A stretch of 52,284 bases of DNA from a virus (Duplodnaviria > Caudoviricetes). The notes under the pieces were generated by a model. It was given only the letters and a program-made list of their open reading frames with translations. It was not told where the DNA came from and searched no databases. The stretch lies in the IMG/VR virus record IMGVR_UViG_3300005253_000088, positions 1-52,284 of that record; one strand, written 5' to 3'. How positions within the stretch are numbered: the first letter of the stretch is position 1; the number at the start of each line of letters is the position of its first letter. Shown in pieces: positions 42,783 through 52,284 of this stretch. The position numbers were made by a program, and so were the translations under genes.

Positions 42783-43844
42783 ATGGCGACGGTTTCCACG
42801 AATTTTACGGAAGCAGGGGTTAGTGCTACCTTAAGTTTGCAAGTTATCGGAGAGGATATAACTATTGCTCTCTCCGGTACCTATTCAGCGACAGTACAGC
42901 TAGAGCGGGCGCTTACTCCTGATGAGCAGTCTTGGGAGGCGGTGTACCCACCTAACCGTGGCTCTCCTTGGAATACGGATGATGCAACCGTATCGGATGT
43001 ATATCAAACTCTAAGCAAAAACGAGAAACTGCGTCTTCGCTGTACCGCCTTCACGAGCGGTACGGTTGTTACAACTATCTCTGACGGTGATCTTATCCTT
43101 TATGAGCGTAAAGATACTGTTGGAACTGTTGTAGATCGTATCACTCAGAGCGGTAGGCAGCATACAGGCACAGATAGTCATACTGGGGTTGAAACTCACA
43201 CCGGAGCAGAAACTCATACTGGTGCTGAAGAACATACCGGAGTTGAAACTCACACTGGAGCAGAGACTCACACTGGCGCTGAGGAACATACTGGGATTGA
43301 AACTCACACCGGAGCAGAAACTCATACTGGTGCTGAAGAACATACCGGAGTTGAAACTCACACTGGAGCAGAGACTCACACTGGTGCTGAAGAACATACC
43401 GGAGTTGAAACTCACACTGGAGCAGAAACCCATTCTGGTGTGGAAACGTTTGTTCGCGTCACGGGCGCTCAAGCCCCTACCATGTTTAACCAACCTGCCG
43501 TTCAAACGGCTACCAATACAGCTACCCTAACTGATGCCCAGATGATTGGTGGCATCTTGGTAGGTACGCCTACGTCTGCGGCTGCTTACACTATGAGGAC
43601 GGGCGCGGAACTTGAGGCTGCTTTACCTGCAACAGTCGCTGATGGTGATGCTTTTGACCTGACGATCATCAATCTCGGTAGCACTACCGATGTGATTACG
43701 CTTACGAATCCCGGCAGCGGCATCACTGTTGTTGGTGAGACCACCATTAGCCCTCTAGCTGATGTGGCCACTTTGGGTGCCGCCTCTGGTACGTTCCGTT
43801 TCCGTAGGACAGCCTCAGATACGTTTATTGCCTATAGGCTGTAG
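42783..43844 (+). CDS. Fibre-like protein with 16 HTGxEx hexapeptide repeats
   Basis: N-terminal beta-sandwich, His-periodic repeat and a C-terminal decoration-type domain. Confidence 0.75.
   Translation: MATVSTNFTEAGVSATLSLQVIGEDITIALSGTYSATVQLERALTPDEQSWEAVYPPNRGSPWNTDDATVSDVYQTLSKNEKLRLRCTAFTSGTVVTTISDGDLILYERKDTVGTVVDRITQSGRQHTGTDSHTGVETHTGAETHTGAEEHTGVETHTGAETHTGAEEHTGIETHTGAETHTGAEEHTGVETHTGAETHTGAEEHTGVETHTGAETHSGVETFVRVTGAQAPTMFNQPAVQTATNTATLTDAQMIGGILVGTPTSAAAYTMRTGAELEAALPATVADGDAFDLTIINLGSTTDVITLTNPGSGITVVGETTISPLADVATLGAASGTFRFRRTASDTFIAYRL
43161..43448 (+). repeat. 18-bp tandem repeat x16 with 54/108-bp higher-order periodicity
   Basis: CA(T/C)AC(T/C)GG...GAAACT-type units encoding HTGVET/HTGAET/HTGAEE. 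Confidence 0.95.
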
Positions 43845-43846
43845 CC

Positions 43847-44476
43847 ATGGCCAAGTCAATTTCTGGCCCTACACATATCGCTAATATGGCTTTGTCCCAT
43901 GTAGGGGCAAGCGATATCGAAAGTCTTGAAGAAGATAGTTCAGAAGCAAATCAATCCCGTATTTTCTATGATATCTGTCGCCGTCAAACCTTAGAAGCTT
44001 TTGACTGGACGTTTGCTCGTAGGCGTCAAGAAGTGGCTCTCCATGGCGATATAATCTCAGAAACAGCAGACGATCCTTTGGCGGGAGTCTGGGGTTTCCG
44101 GCATCAGTATCCTGCTGATGCACTTGTTATACGAAAAATCCAAAATCCTAATGCCCCTCCGGGCGACGACTTTCCTTTTGAGATTGAACTAAGTTTAGAT
44201 GGTGAAACGAAGAGTATCTTATCAAATATTGAAAATCCTGTAATAGTTTACACCCGAGATATAGAAGATACTGGATTATTCTCAGCGTTGTTTTCGCTAG
44301 CGCTTTCTTATTTACTTGCTTCTCTCATTGCTTATCCTCTCGGGAAGAAGGAGAAGGTTGTAGCCCGAGTGATCAGATCGTATGATGTTTCTGTTACTAA
44401 CGCAGCCGCTAATGACGCTAACGAAAGGATGCCTACTCCAGAACGCGATGCGGATACGATAAGGGCTCGTATTTAG
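43847..44476 (+). CDS. Tail tubular protein A / head-tail adaptor
   Basis: IANMAL..VG...I.SL.E.S.EA......YD..R...L....WTFA.RR, YP.D and F..AL...LA..IA.PL. Confidence 0.85.
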   Translation: MAKSISGPTHIANMALSHVGASDIESLEEDSSEANQSRIFYDICRRQTLEAFDWTFARRRQEVALHGDIISETADDPLAGVWGFRHQYPADALVIRKIQNPNAPPGDDFPFEIELSLDGETKSILSNIENPVIVYTRDIEDTGLFSALFSLALSYLLASLIAYPLGKKEKVVARVIRSYDVSVTNAAANDANERMPTPERDADTIRARI

Positions 44477-47400
44477 ATGGTTGCCTTTATTCTTCCTTCT
44501 TTTGCCAAAGGAGAGATTTCCCCTTCGTTGTATGGGCGAGTTGATGTAGCAATGTACAAACATGCGCTACGGAGAGCGCGTAATACTATCATTCACCCTG
44601 ATGGTGGTATCTCCAATCGTCCTGGTTCTTTGATCATTGGCCCAATTAAAGATCATACCGTTTCTACTACTCGTTTATTTGATTTTCAGTTCCGAACTTC
44701 TGATCAGTATGTTCTAGAATTTGGTACTGAATATATACGTGTTATCAGAAACGATGCTCAGGTCTTAAATGCTTCAACAACTGTTACTGGAGCTACACAA
44801 GCAAATCCTGTAGTTATTACAGCTATTGTTCATGGCCTTTCAAATGATGCTGAAGTTTTTATAACGGCTGTTCTGGGGATGACTGAGCTGAACGGTAATC
44901 GTTATATTATTAAGAACGTAACAGCAGATACTTTTGAGCTAACTCACCAAATAACACGACTTGATATTGATGGAACTGCTTTTACAGCTTATTCTTCTGC
45001 CGGTACTGTTGCTGATATTTTTGAACTTACTACCCCCTATGCGGCTGGAGATTTATCTACACTAAAGATGGTTCAGTCTGGGGATATTCTTACTGTCACA
45101 CACCCTACTTATGCCCCCCGAGACTTGGCCAGAACAGGCCACAATGCCTGGACGTTGACTGTCAATACATATGCGCCAATTCAAGCTCGTCCTACTAGCG
45201 TAGCTGTCGCTCAACAGGGTGCGTCCGGTTCTACGACTCACCGATACAAGGTTACGGCTATCCGGCAAGAAGAAGATATATTTGAAGAAAGTCTGTCGGG
45301 GCTTAGTAGTACATCTCAAGTTATTTCAGGCGCGACAAAAACTAATCCTGTTGTTGTAACTGCTACTTCACATCCATATGCTAATGGAGATGAAGTTGAG
45401 ATACTTAGTATTGGGGGTATGACAGAATTAAATGGCAGGCGTTTCTTTGTAGCTAACCAGGATACTAATGATTTTGAACTTGAGGGTGAAGATGGTAGTT
45501 CCTTCACCGCCTTTTCATCAAATGGTACTGCCAATGCTACTTTTGTAGAATTAACAAATTCTATTACAGTTGCTTTAACTGTGATTGCTAACTTTAATCG
45601 TGTTTCCTGGGCAGCAACTACAAATGCTAATAGGTATGCGATCTATCGAAGGCAGAGTGGCCGTTACAGATGGATCGCTGAAGTAGATGCTCCCCTTCTT
45701 TCTTTTGACGATGTAACAGACCGTACTACGGCTGCCGGTGCCATACATCAGACAGATAATGAAGTTGGCCCTCCACGAGCACGAAATCCATTTCTATTTA
45801 CAGACAATTTTCCCGGTGCTTCAAGCTACTATCAGCAACGGCAAATCTATGGTGGGTCTAATAATAAACCTGATACTTCTTTTTATTCTCAGACTGGCAA
45901 TCGCTTGAATATGAGTGTATCTGAACCCACGCAAGCAGATGATGCTATGACTGCTTCGCTTAACTCAAGGCAAGTGCACGAGATACGGCATTTTGTACCT
46001 GGAAATGACTTGATGATCCTGACAAGTGGGGGGGAATGGCGCGTTAACTCTGGGGAAAATTCTGGCTTTTCAATCGATACTCTTAAACAGAAGCCACAAT
46101 CTGATTGGGGATCAGCTCATCATAAGCCAATTGTAGCGGGTAATGTGATATTGTTTGTTGAAGATGGTAATGCTCGGGTACGAAGTTTAGGGTATTCTTT
46201 TCAACTTGATGGTTACACCGGTACTGATTTAAATATTCTCGCAAATCATCTTCTGACAGAAGAAGGGCCAGCTAAATTTATTATCACTGACTGGGCTTAC
46301 CAAAGTGTTCCTGAAGGTAGGTTATATATTGTCCGTAGTGATGGTCAAATTCTTACTATGACTTTTAACCAAACACAGGAAATTATTGCTTGGACAACCT
46401 GGGATACTAATGGCCGGTATGAAGCAATTACTTCTCTGCGGCGATCTCTTTCTTCAGTAGAAGATGGAATATATTTTATCGTTCAACGTAAAGTTAATGG
46501 GAATACAGTTCGTTTTATCGAGAGACTATCTACTCGAAAATTCGCTCAACCTGAAGACGCTTATTTTTTGGATGGGGGTTTTATTTTAAATGACCCTAAA
46601 GCAATCTCTAACATTACTTCTTCTGGAACTGTAACAACATCTGAAAACCATAACTTGTCAAGCGGGGATACAGTAGACATAGAAGGAACTAAGTTTGCTA
46701 CAGAATTTGATGATGATGGTAATGAAATCGATCCAGATGCGTTTGATTCTGCAAATGGCCGATTTCAGGTTCTTGTAGAAGATGAGCGTACTTTTGATTT
46801 ATACGCCAAAAGTAATCGTACAATTGCTGTTCCTGTTATTGAAGGTCATACGCAGGATAATATTGGTTTCACAGAGCGAGAGCCATTAGTTTTAACAAAG
46901 CCTTCTGGGGTGGAAGTTGGTGATCTACTCTTAGTTTTTATATCTCAAGCTTTAACTGCTTCTGTCGGGCCGAATTTAACTAGTGGATTATCAGAAGATT
47001 TTGTTCCGGGCTGGAGACGTTTTACAGAGTTTAGTCAAAAAGAGGCAGGCAGTATTACTCCACTTAATCTGGCAATTGCCGGGTACTGGAGAATTGCAGA
47101 CGGTACTGAAGAAGACACTTTAACTACTAAATATGTTGAATATGAGGTTAATCACTATTGGGCGTCGGATAATATACGAAGAAGTCCCGGTGATCCTTGG
47201 GATTTGATATTTGAGAGCGAAGTATACGGGTTACATTTAATAGGTTACTATATTAGAGTGTCTGGTGTAAATGCTGACAATCCTATTCATAGCATAGGAC
47301 AAGTTGTTGTTTCTGACGATGCAACTTCTTTTTCTGTTCCTAGTCTTGAAACTGCGGTAAACGGAAGCTTAATATTTTCTTTAGGTAGTGCCCAACTTTT

Positions 47401-48187
47401 ATTAAGCACAGCGCAACCGGAATGGGCGATACCTAATGATCCTGGCGGAGATGATGATCGGCAAGTAGTAAGTGAATTCTCAAGTTTAGCTTGGGGGACT
47501 AAAGAGCAACTTGAAGCTGGAGCGTCAGGTTCTTTCGATCTTACTACACTTTTTGCATCTACTGATATGCACCGGCAATTTTCCTTAAATCCTTCTGATT
47601 CGCTCGCAGCAAATTTAAACCTCGGCTCCTTTGATGACCAAGAGGATGATTTGGGTAACGTAAGAAAAGCTGTTACAGAAATTTCAGGATTGGAAGATTT
47701 AGAAGGTGAATGTATTAGCCTTGGTGGCCTAGGAGTGGTAGCTGATGGTGCTCGGCAGGGGTCTTTATGCGGTACCACCCCCGGTGAAGAAGATTGCGTA
47801 GTTGATGCAAAAATAACTTTATGTAATTTAGCCAGTCGAGTACATATTGGCTGGAGATATATTTCAGATATTGAAACTTTGGATGTTGAAGCATCCAAAG
47901 GTACTTTACAAGGTAAAACGCAACGAGTACCACGGGTGACAATTCGATACAAGAAATCTCGTCTGCCTTTGATAGGGCCAAATCGATTTAAGCTTCTTAG
48001 ACAAAAACCCCGTGAAGACGAAGATATGGGTGACCCAACCGCTTTGTTAACCGGGGACCGCCCTCTTATAATCAAGCCTGAGTGGAACTCTAATGGCCGT
48101 ATATTCATACGAATGCTAGAGCCTGAACCTCTCACAATTACAGCTATTATTCCTGAGCTTGAGATAGAAGATGAAACCAAAGACTAA
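44477..48187 (+). CDS. Tail tubular protein B / nozzle (Bbp13-like) with inserted domains
   Basis: SF..GEISP.LYGRVD..Y, G.I.NRPG, Q.Y.LEFG..YIR, QSGD.L...HP.YAP..L.R, FP.....QQR..YG and AW..W.T.G motifs; contains E1-FCCH-like repeats. Confidence 0.88.
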   Translation: MVAFILPSFAKGEISPSLYGRVDVAMYKHALRRARNTIIHPDGGISNRPGSLIIGPIKDHTVSTTRLFDFQFRTSDQYVLEFGTEYIRVIRNDAQVLNASTTVTGATQANPVVITAIVHGLSNDAEVFITAVLGMTELNGNRYIIKNVTADTFELTHQITRLDIDGTAFTAYSSAGTVADIFELTTPYAAGDLSTLKMVQSGDILTVTHPTYAPRDLARTGHNAWTLTVNTYAPIQARPTSVAVAQQGASGSTTHRYKVTAIRQEEDIFEESLSGLSSTSQVISGATKTNPVVVTATSHPYANGDEVEILSIGGMTELNGRRFFVANQDTNDFELEGEDGSSFTAFSSNGTANATFVELTNSITVALTVIANFNRVSWAATTNANRYAIYRRQSGRYRWIAEVDAPLLSFDDVTDRTTAAGAIHQTDNEVGPPRARNPFLFTDNFPGASSYYQQRQIYGGSNNKPDTSFYSQTGNRLNMSVSEPTQADDAMTASLNSRQVHEIRHFVPGNDLMILTSGGEWRVNSGENSGFSIDTLKQKPQSDWGSAHHKPIVAGNVILFVEDGNARVRSLGYSFQLDGYTGTDLNILANHLLTEEGPAKFIITDWAYQSVPEGRLYIVRSDGQILTMTFNQTQEIIAWTTWDTNGRYEAITSLRRSLSSVEDGIYFIVQRKVNGNTVRFIERLSTRKFAQPEDAYFLDGGFILNDPKAISNITSSGTVTTSENHNLSSGDTVDIEGTKFATEFDDDGNEIDPDAFDSANGRFQVLVEDERTFDLYAKSNRTIAVPVIEGHTQDNIGFTEREPLVLTKPSGVEVGDLLLVFISQALTASVGPNLTSGLSEDFVPGWRRFTEFSQKEAGSITPLNLAIAGYWRIADGTEEDTLTTKYVEYEVNHYWASDNIRRSPGDPWDLIFESEVYGLHLIGYYIRVSGVNADNPIHSIGQVVVSDDATSFSVPSLETAVNGSLIFSLGSAQLLLSTAQPEWAIPNDPGGDDDRQVVSEFSSLAWGTKEQLEAGASGSFDLTTLFASTDMHRQFSLNPSDSLAANLNLGSFDDQEDDLGNVRKAVTEISGLEDLEGECISLGGLGVVADGARQGSLCGTTPGEEDCVVDAKITLCNLASRVHIGWRYISDIETLDVEASKGTLQGKTQRVPRVTIRYKKSRLPLIGPNRFKLLRQKPREDEDMGDPTALLTGDRPLIIKPEWNSNGRIFIRMLEPEPLTITAIIPELEIEDETKD

Positions 48188-48650
48188 GTATGCTATAGTA
48201 CCCCCTACTAAGGAGCATATAGAAGCTTTAGCTTTAAATATGAACAAGGCAGATGTTGATGAGGTATGGGCGGCGGGCAGGAAAACTCCTTTAGAAGCTC
48301 TAGAGCAGTCGGTATATGCCTCTCCTGAGCCATATGTGGGGCTGCATGAGGGGCGAGCTTTGTGCATGTTTGGGGTGGCAGAGTTAACAATTCTCGATAA
48401 CAAGGGTATCCCTTGGATGTTATCTTCAGACGAACTAAAATATCATGCCCGGCCTTTCCTCCGGGGAAGTAGGATGTATATAGATTTGATGAAAGAGAAA
48501 TATCCGTTTATGGTCAACTTTGTAGATGCTCGTAATCGCGCAGCTATTCGTTGGCTGAGATGGTTACATTTTAGGCTACTGCCTGCTGAAGCTCATGGGC
48601 CTGATCAAATGTTATTCCATCGTTTTGAGATGGGAGTAGAGAATGTGTGA
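48171..48650 (+). CDS. DUF2833 / T7 gp13-like protein (GNAT-like fold)
   Basis: AD..EV.A....P.EAL, G.PW.L and NFVDARN..AIRWL.WL.F. Confidence 0.8.
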   Translation: MKPKTKYAIVPPTKEHIEALALNMNKADVDEVWAAGRKTPLEALEQSVYASPEPYVGLHEGRALCMFGVAELTILDNKGIPWMLSSDELKYHARPFLRGSRMYIDLMKEKYPFMVNFVDARNRAAIRWLRWLHFRLLPAEAHGPDQMLFHRFEMGVENV

Positions 48651-49140
48651 TCTTGCTACAGCCATTACAGTTATTGGTGGAATTGTTTCTATAGCTGGGC
48701 AAATTTCCGAAGGTAAAGCTCGTGATAGAGAGGCGGCGTTTAATGCCCAAGTAGCTCGTAACAATCAGATCATTGCTGATCGTGCTGCGGTTGATGCAAG
48801 GCTTCGTGGTGAAGCTGCTGCTGCTAGGCAAGGGGAGAAGACCAGGCAATTCAAAGCCCGGCAACGAACTGCCTTAGCTGCGGGTGGGGTTGTAGTAGAT
48901 GAATTTAGTGCTCTTGATTTGATCACAGATACTTCGGCCATTGGCCGGGAAGAAGAATCTATTATTCGCCGTAATGCTGAAAGAGAAGCACTTGGTTTTA
49001 CTACTCGGGGTTTGAATTTTGCATCTAGCACTGAGCTAGCTGATCTCCGGGGACAAGCGGCACGGCGAGAAGCAGGCTTTGGTGCTTTTGGTACGTTGCT
49101 TACAACTGCGGGTACTGTTTCTCGTAGATTTAGGGTGTAG
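48643..49140 (+). CDS. Internal virion protein (T7 gp14/Bbp11-like)
   Basis: MC start, NAQ.A..N...A...A.DA..RG, QR.A.AA.GV and SALD...DT. Confidence 0.75.
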   Translation: MCDLATAITVIGGIVSIAGQISEGKARDREAAFNAQVARNNQIIADRAAVDARLRGEAAAARQGEKTRQFKARQRTALAAGGVVVDEFSALDLITDTSAIGREEESIIRRNAEREALGFTTRGLNFASSTELADLRGQAARREAGFGAFGTLLTTAGTVSRRFRV

Positions 49141-49142
49141 AT

Positions 49143-51176
49143 ATGGCTGTAGTTCCAAAAGTAATTCCTGAAGTTCGTCCCCAGGCTGGGCCAACTGTAT
49201 TTCAGAATGTTCCAACTACTGGCGCAGAATTTGGTGTACGCGGTGCTCAGCAAACACAAGCATTTGGTAAAACATTGCAAGCTGAAGGGGAGAAGTTTTT
49301 TAAGCAAGAAGAAGCTAAGCGAAAGGTTGCAAAAAAACTTCAGAACAGGAAAGAAGCTGTTAGCCGTGCTGACATTCTTACGCAATATAATACTGATGCA
49401 GAAAAACTTTTTAGAACAACTGATTCTCAAGAAGATTTTTCTAGGGAGGATACAAAAGTTGGGTTTGGAGTACAGCTAGCGGAACTTCGGAAAAATTCTA
49501 TGGCTTCTTTTCAAGGGTCGCCAGAAGGACGCTTTATTCTTGATGAAAGATTAGCTAAAGCTGAGGGACAATTTGTTGGGCGTTCTGTAGAAAAGTCAAC
49601 TTCAATTGAACAAGCTAAGGTTGAGCGAGTTATTGGTGGGCATATTAGTGATGGGGTAAGAGTAGTTTCTGGAAATCCCAGCTTACTGGATGCTCAAATT
49701 ACTGAAACTTTAAAGTTAGCACAACAAGATTTTGGTGCTTTCGACCCAAAACAAGAACTTGCTTTTAATAGGGTAATTCCTGCAACTTTAGCGAATGCTG
49801 CTATATCAGCGTACACGATCAAAGGCCAATTTGATAAAGCTAAAGAAGTGCTTACACGGCCTGATATATCTGTTGCTTTAGGTCCAAAAAGGCAGCAACA
49901 ACTTTTTGATAAAATTGGAACTGCTGAGGCTGCGATAGTAAAAGCTACTGCTGAAGCTCGTAACAAAGATGTCAAAGGTATTCCTCGGGATATTTTTAAT
50001 AAACTACCTGAAGCTGATCAAAGAGAAATTATGGAATTAGACGAAGACGAAGGAAGAATGTTAACTCCTGAAGAAACTGAAGCGGCTGGGTTTGATGAAG
50101 GAACTTTAGTTTTTCAAAAAGAAGGAAGCGCACCTAAAGTAGTACAAAAGCCAGGGGTTGATCTAGCTGAAGAAGAAGCTAGATCTCGGGTTAAAGAACG
50201 TGGAAAACTTCAAGCTAGGCGAAGTAATGTCGAAAGTATTTTACGAGCTGCGGGAGTAGCTTCCTTAGCTGAGGGTGGAGCACCTATTTTTGCGGGAGAA
50301 GAAGGCAAAGGTAGCGCGAGTGAAGATACTCGTTCTGTAGCAAGGCTAATGCAAGCTTCAAGGCGACTTCTAGCAGCAGGTCAAACAGCTCTAGCTAATA
50401 GTTTACTATCCCAAGCTCGGTTTGTGGTAGAAAACAGTCCCGACATTCAATTGCAAAAAGATTTAAATAAGCCTGTTTCCAGACAATTGGCTGCTGAAAT
50501 GGGGGTGCCTGCGGGAACTACTCTTGGGGAAGTAGCTAATCGTATTCCACGAACGCCGGAAGAAACAGCAGAAGCTGTTTCTGAAGCTAGAGCCACGGGT
50601 AAAGGCCGGGTTGAAGCTAAGCAACAGCTTGCGTTCATTGATCAAGCTACTGGTACTATCGTTAATATGCTAGATGCTGTTGAAAGAGACCCTGGCATTG
50701 TTGGCGCACGAGGTTCGTTGCGAGCTACCGGACAAACTGCAATTGGAGTGCTTAGTGATTTAGGAGCTAGTCCTGTTATAGATGCAGCGCGTTCTATTGC
50801 TTTAACCAGTTCTGATGCTAGTGCTGAAGATTTTGAGGGATGGTTTGATAATCCAAAGCTCTCCACCATTAAACTGTTTGAAAATAGTGTTGGCCTTGTT
50901 TTAGCTCGGCTTAGAACCCCTCAAGGACGAGTGCCAGTAGAAATCATAAAACGTTCCATTCAAGATGTAAAACTTTCTGGCTTTACATCCACTGAACAGG
51001 TGGAAAACAGACTACAATTTGTTCTAAATACCTTAGCTGTTAGAGGCCAAGGTTTACGCAGAACATTTGAAATAGAAGAAGAAGCGATTCAACCTGAGGC
51101 TGAGCTTGGAGCTGAAACAGAAACTCAAAAGCCAACTCATCGTATCGAAAACGGTAAGTTGATAAGGATTCCATAA
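49143..51176 (+). CDS. Large internal virion/ejection protein
   Basis: Helical A/E/K/Q-rich 677 aa ORF in the ejection-protein position. Confidence 0.65.
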   Translation: MAVVPKVIPEVRPQAGPTVFQNVPTTGAEFGVRGAQQTQAFGKTLQAEGEKFFKQEEAKRKVAKKLQNRKEAVSRADILTQYNTDAEKLFRTTDSQEDFSREDTKVGFGVQLAELRKNSMASFQGSPEGRFILDERLAKAEGQFVGRSVEKSTSIEQAKVERVIGGHISDGVRVVSGNPSLLDAQITETLKLAQQDFGAFDPKQELAFNRVIPATLANAAISAYTIKGQFDKAKEVLTRPDISVALGPKRQQQLFDKIGTAEAAIVKATAEARNKDVKGIPRDIFNKLPEADQREIMELDEDEGRMLTPEETEAAGFDEGTLVFQKEGSAPKVVQKPGVDLAEEEARSRVKERGKLQARRSNVESILRAAGVASLAEGGAPIFAGEEGKGSASEDTRSVARLMQASRRLLAAGQTALANSLLSQARFVVENSPDIQLQKDLNKPVSRQLAAEMGVPAGTTLGEVANRIPRTPEETAEAVSEARATGKGRVEAKQQLAFIDQATGTIVNMLDAVERDPGIVGARGSLRATGQTAIGVLSDLGASPVIDAARSIALTSSDASAEDFEGWFDNPKLSTIKLFENSVGLVLARLRTPQGRVPVEIIKRSIQDVKLSGFTSTEQVENRLQFVLNTLAVRGQGLRRTFEIEEEAIQPEAELGAETETQKPTHRIENGKLIRIP

Positions 51177-52284
51177 TGGGCACAATCATAGTAGAAGGAA
51201 TTGGCCCTATAGAAATTGCGGGAGATGAGCCCACATCTGAAGAATCGACTGCTATTGCTGCCGGGGTACAAGAAGAACCCTTGGCCACTCCTGAAGCTGA
51301 TCCTGCCAGCGAAGGTAGGACAGGACTTATTCCTCAAGAGTTTCGTGCGGAAGTTCGTGAAGAAGTGGAAGATATGCCTGGGCTTCTTCAATTTTTAACC
51401 GAAATGACTCCCGCAACAGGTGGAGCAATTAGTGGAGCAGCTTTAGGAGCCCCCCTTGGCCCCGCTGGTGTAATTGGTGGAGGTATACTTGGGGGCTTGC
51501 TGGGCGAGTTTATAGGTCAAGAAACCGGTGTTACTCCCGAAAGTGATGTTGCCCTAGGGCTCGCCGCTGCTGGGCCAGTTATCGGTAAGGGGTTAGGAGC
51601 AGCAGTTAAATTAGGGAGAAAAGCAGTAGGAAAAGCTGTGTCAAAACTTCCGCCTGCTAAGGCAGCGCTATCAACTGTTACTACCAAAGCAGCAGTTCCT
51701 GAGTTTGAGAGTGTTGGAGGTAAAATATTAGCATCTCAAAAAGGCCTTCTAGCTCGGCCAGCGAAAGAACTTTATGCTGCTGCAAAAAAAGTAGGGGCTC
51801 GTATCGCTCCTTTGGAATTTCGTAAAGCTTTTACAGCATTTAATGAACTAACTACAGAACTGAAAGTTTTTGGTGCTTTCCCCGAGGGGCAACAAGCGCT
51901 TGGGTTAGTTAATCAAGCTATGCAAACTTTAACTGCTTCAGGACAAGTAGGGAAAGCTGTTGGAGTTTCATTTGAAAATCTTATAGCTGCTAGACAGATG
52001 GTAGGTATCGCTGTTTCTAAAGCAGAAACTGCTGGAGGTATAAGATTAGGGGCAGCAAAACAGGTATTTAAAGAGCTTGCTGATGTACTTGACAGAGTTA
52101 GTATCGGAAAAACAGCAGCAAGGCGCGGTGCTAAAATCGCTAAAGCTGCCGCTGCCAGAGCTAAGTTAGAGTTTTCTGTTCGAGATTTTGAAAGAGCAGT
52201 TGCTCGGTTTACTAAAGTTAAAGCTGGGGAAGATATGGTTTCGATAGATATTTCACGATTAAATAACTGGATACGAATCGTTAC
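51176..52284 (+). CDS. Internal virion/DNA-ejection protein, 5' part (open to the window end)
   Basis: ATG 51176 overlaps the upstream TAA. Begins MGTIIVEGIGPIEIAGDEPT, with GGA..GA.LG...GP.G..GG.ILGG segments. I saw no stop before the end. Confidence 0.7.
   Translation, partial: MGTIIVEGIGPIEIAGDEPTSEESTAIAAGVQEEPLATPEADPASEGRTGLIPQEFRAEVREEVEDMPGLLQFLTEMTPATGGAISGAALGAPLGPAGVIGGGILGGLLGEFIGQETGVTPESDVALGLAAAGPVIGKGLGAAVKLGRKAVGKAVSKLPPAKAALSTVTTKAAVPEFESVGGKILASQKGLLARPAKELYAAAKKVGARIAPLEFRKAFTAFNELTTELKVFGAFPEGQQALGLVNQAMQTLTASGQVGKAVGVSFENLIAARQMVGIAVSKAETAGGIRLGAAKQVFKELADVLDRVSIGKTAARRGAKIAKAAAARAKLEFSVRDFERAVARFTKVKAGEDMVSIDISRLNNWIRIV

Noticed and set aside
45973-45986. AGTGCACGAGATAC as a ninth palindrome site
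   Set aside because: Only the right half matches (5 mismatches), which is consistent with chance.
47287-48180. 297-aa antisense ORF, and similar shadow ORFs (48765-49430, 43011-43505, 451-882, 13865-14897 on +)
   Set aside because: They lie opposite well-supported genes, have Ser-rich antisense-type composition, and show no RBS or motif support.

Overview
The window is a near-complete, circularly permuted ~52 kb tailed-phage genome (podovirus-type). The head/tail module resembles Bordetella BPP-1/APSE and the replication module is APSE-type. The + strand late arm runs from ~25.4 kb to the window end and continues at 1-2.6 kb: terS, a ~8.4 kb block of fibre/adhesin-like genes, terL, portal, scaffold, major capsid, Bbp16-like cement, decoration/fibre genes, tail tubular A/B, internal virion proteins, tail fibre and a putative holin. 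The - strand early/middle arm (25.1 kb down to 2.6 kb) carries many mini-genes, an SNF2 helicase, a DUF2800 Cas4-like nuclease, a DUF2815 SSB, a family A DNA polymerase, an Hjc-like resolvase, a T5 A1-like metallophosphoesterase, two nucleoside-deoxyribosyltransferase-like proteins, dCMP deaminase and a DUF5664 dNTP diphosphohydrolase. A lone + strand primase-polymerase/helicase sits near an iteron-like GAGTATCCGG array. I recognised no integrase, repressor, ParA/ParB, endolysin, tRNA, CRISPR or reverse transcriptase. The most unusual signals are: (1) a parS-like palindrome GTATCACGTGATAC dispersed 8 times through the genome; (2) three tandem sigma54 -24/-12 consensus sites at the early/late boundary; (3) virion-like lectin/beta-sandwich proteins carrying Sec signal peptides, with a shared domain reused in 4 genes; (4) an early mini-gene array with repeated stop-RBS-start junctions and a reused KATSAYLN peptide module. 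All protein assignments come from motif recognition by eye, not database searches.
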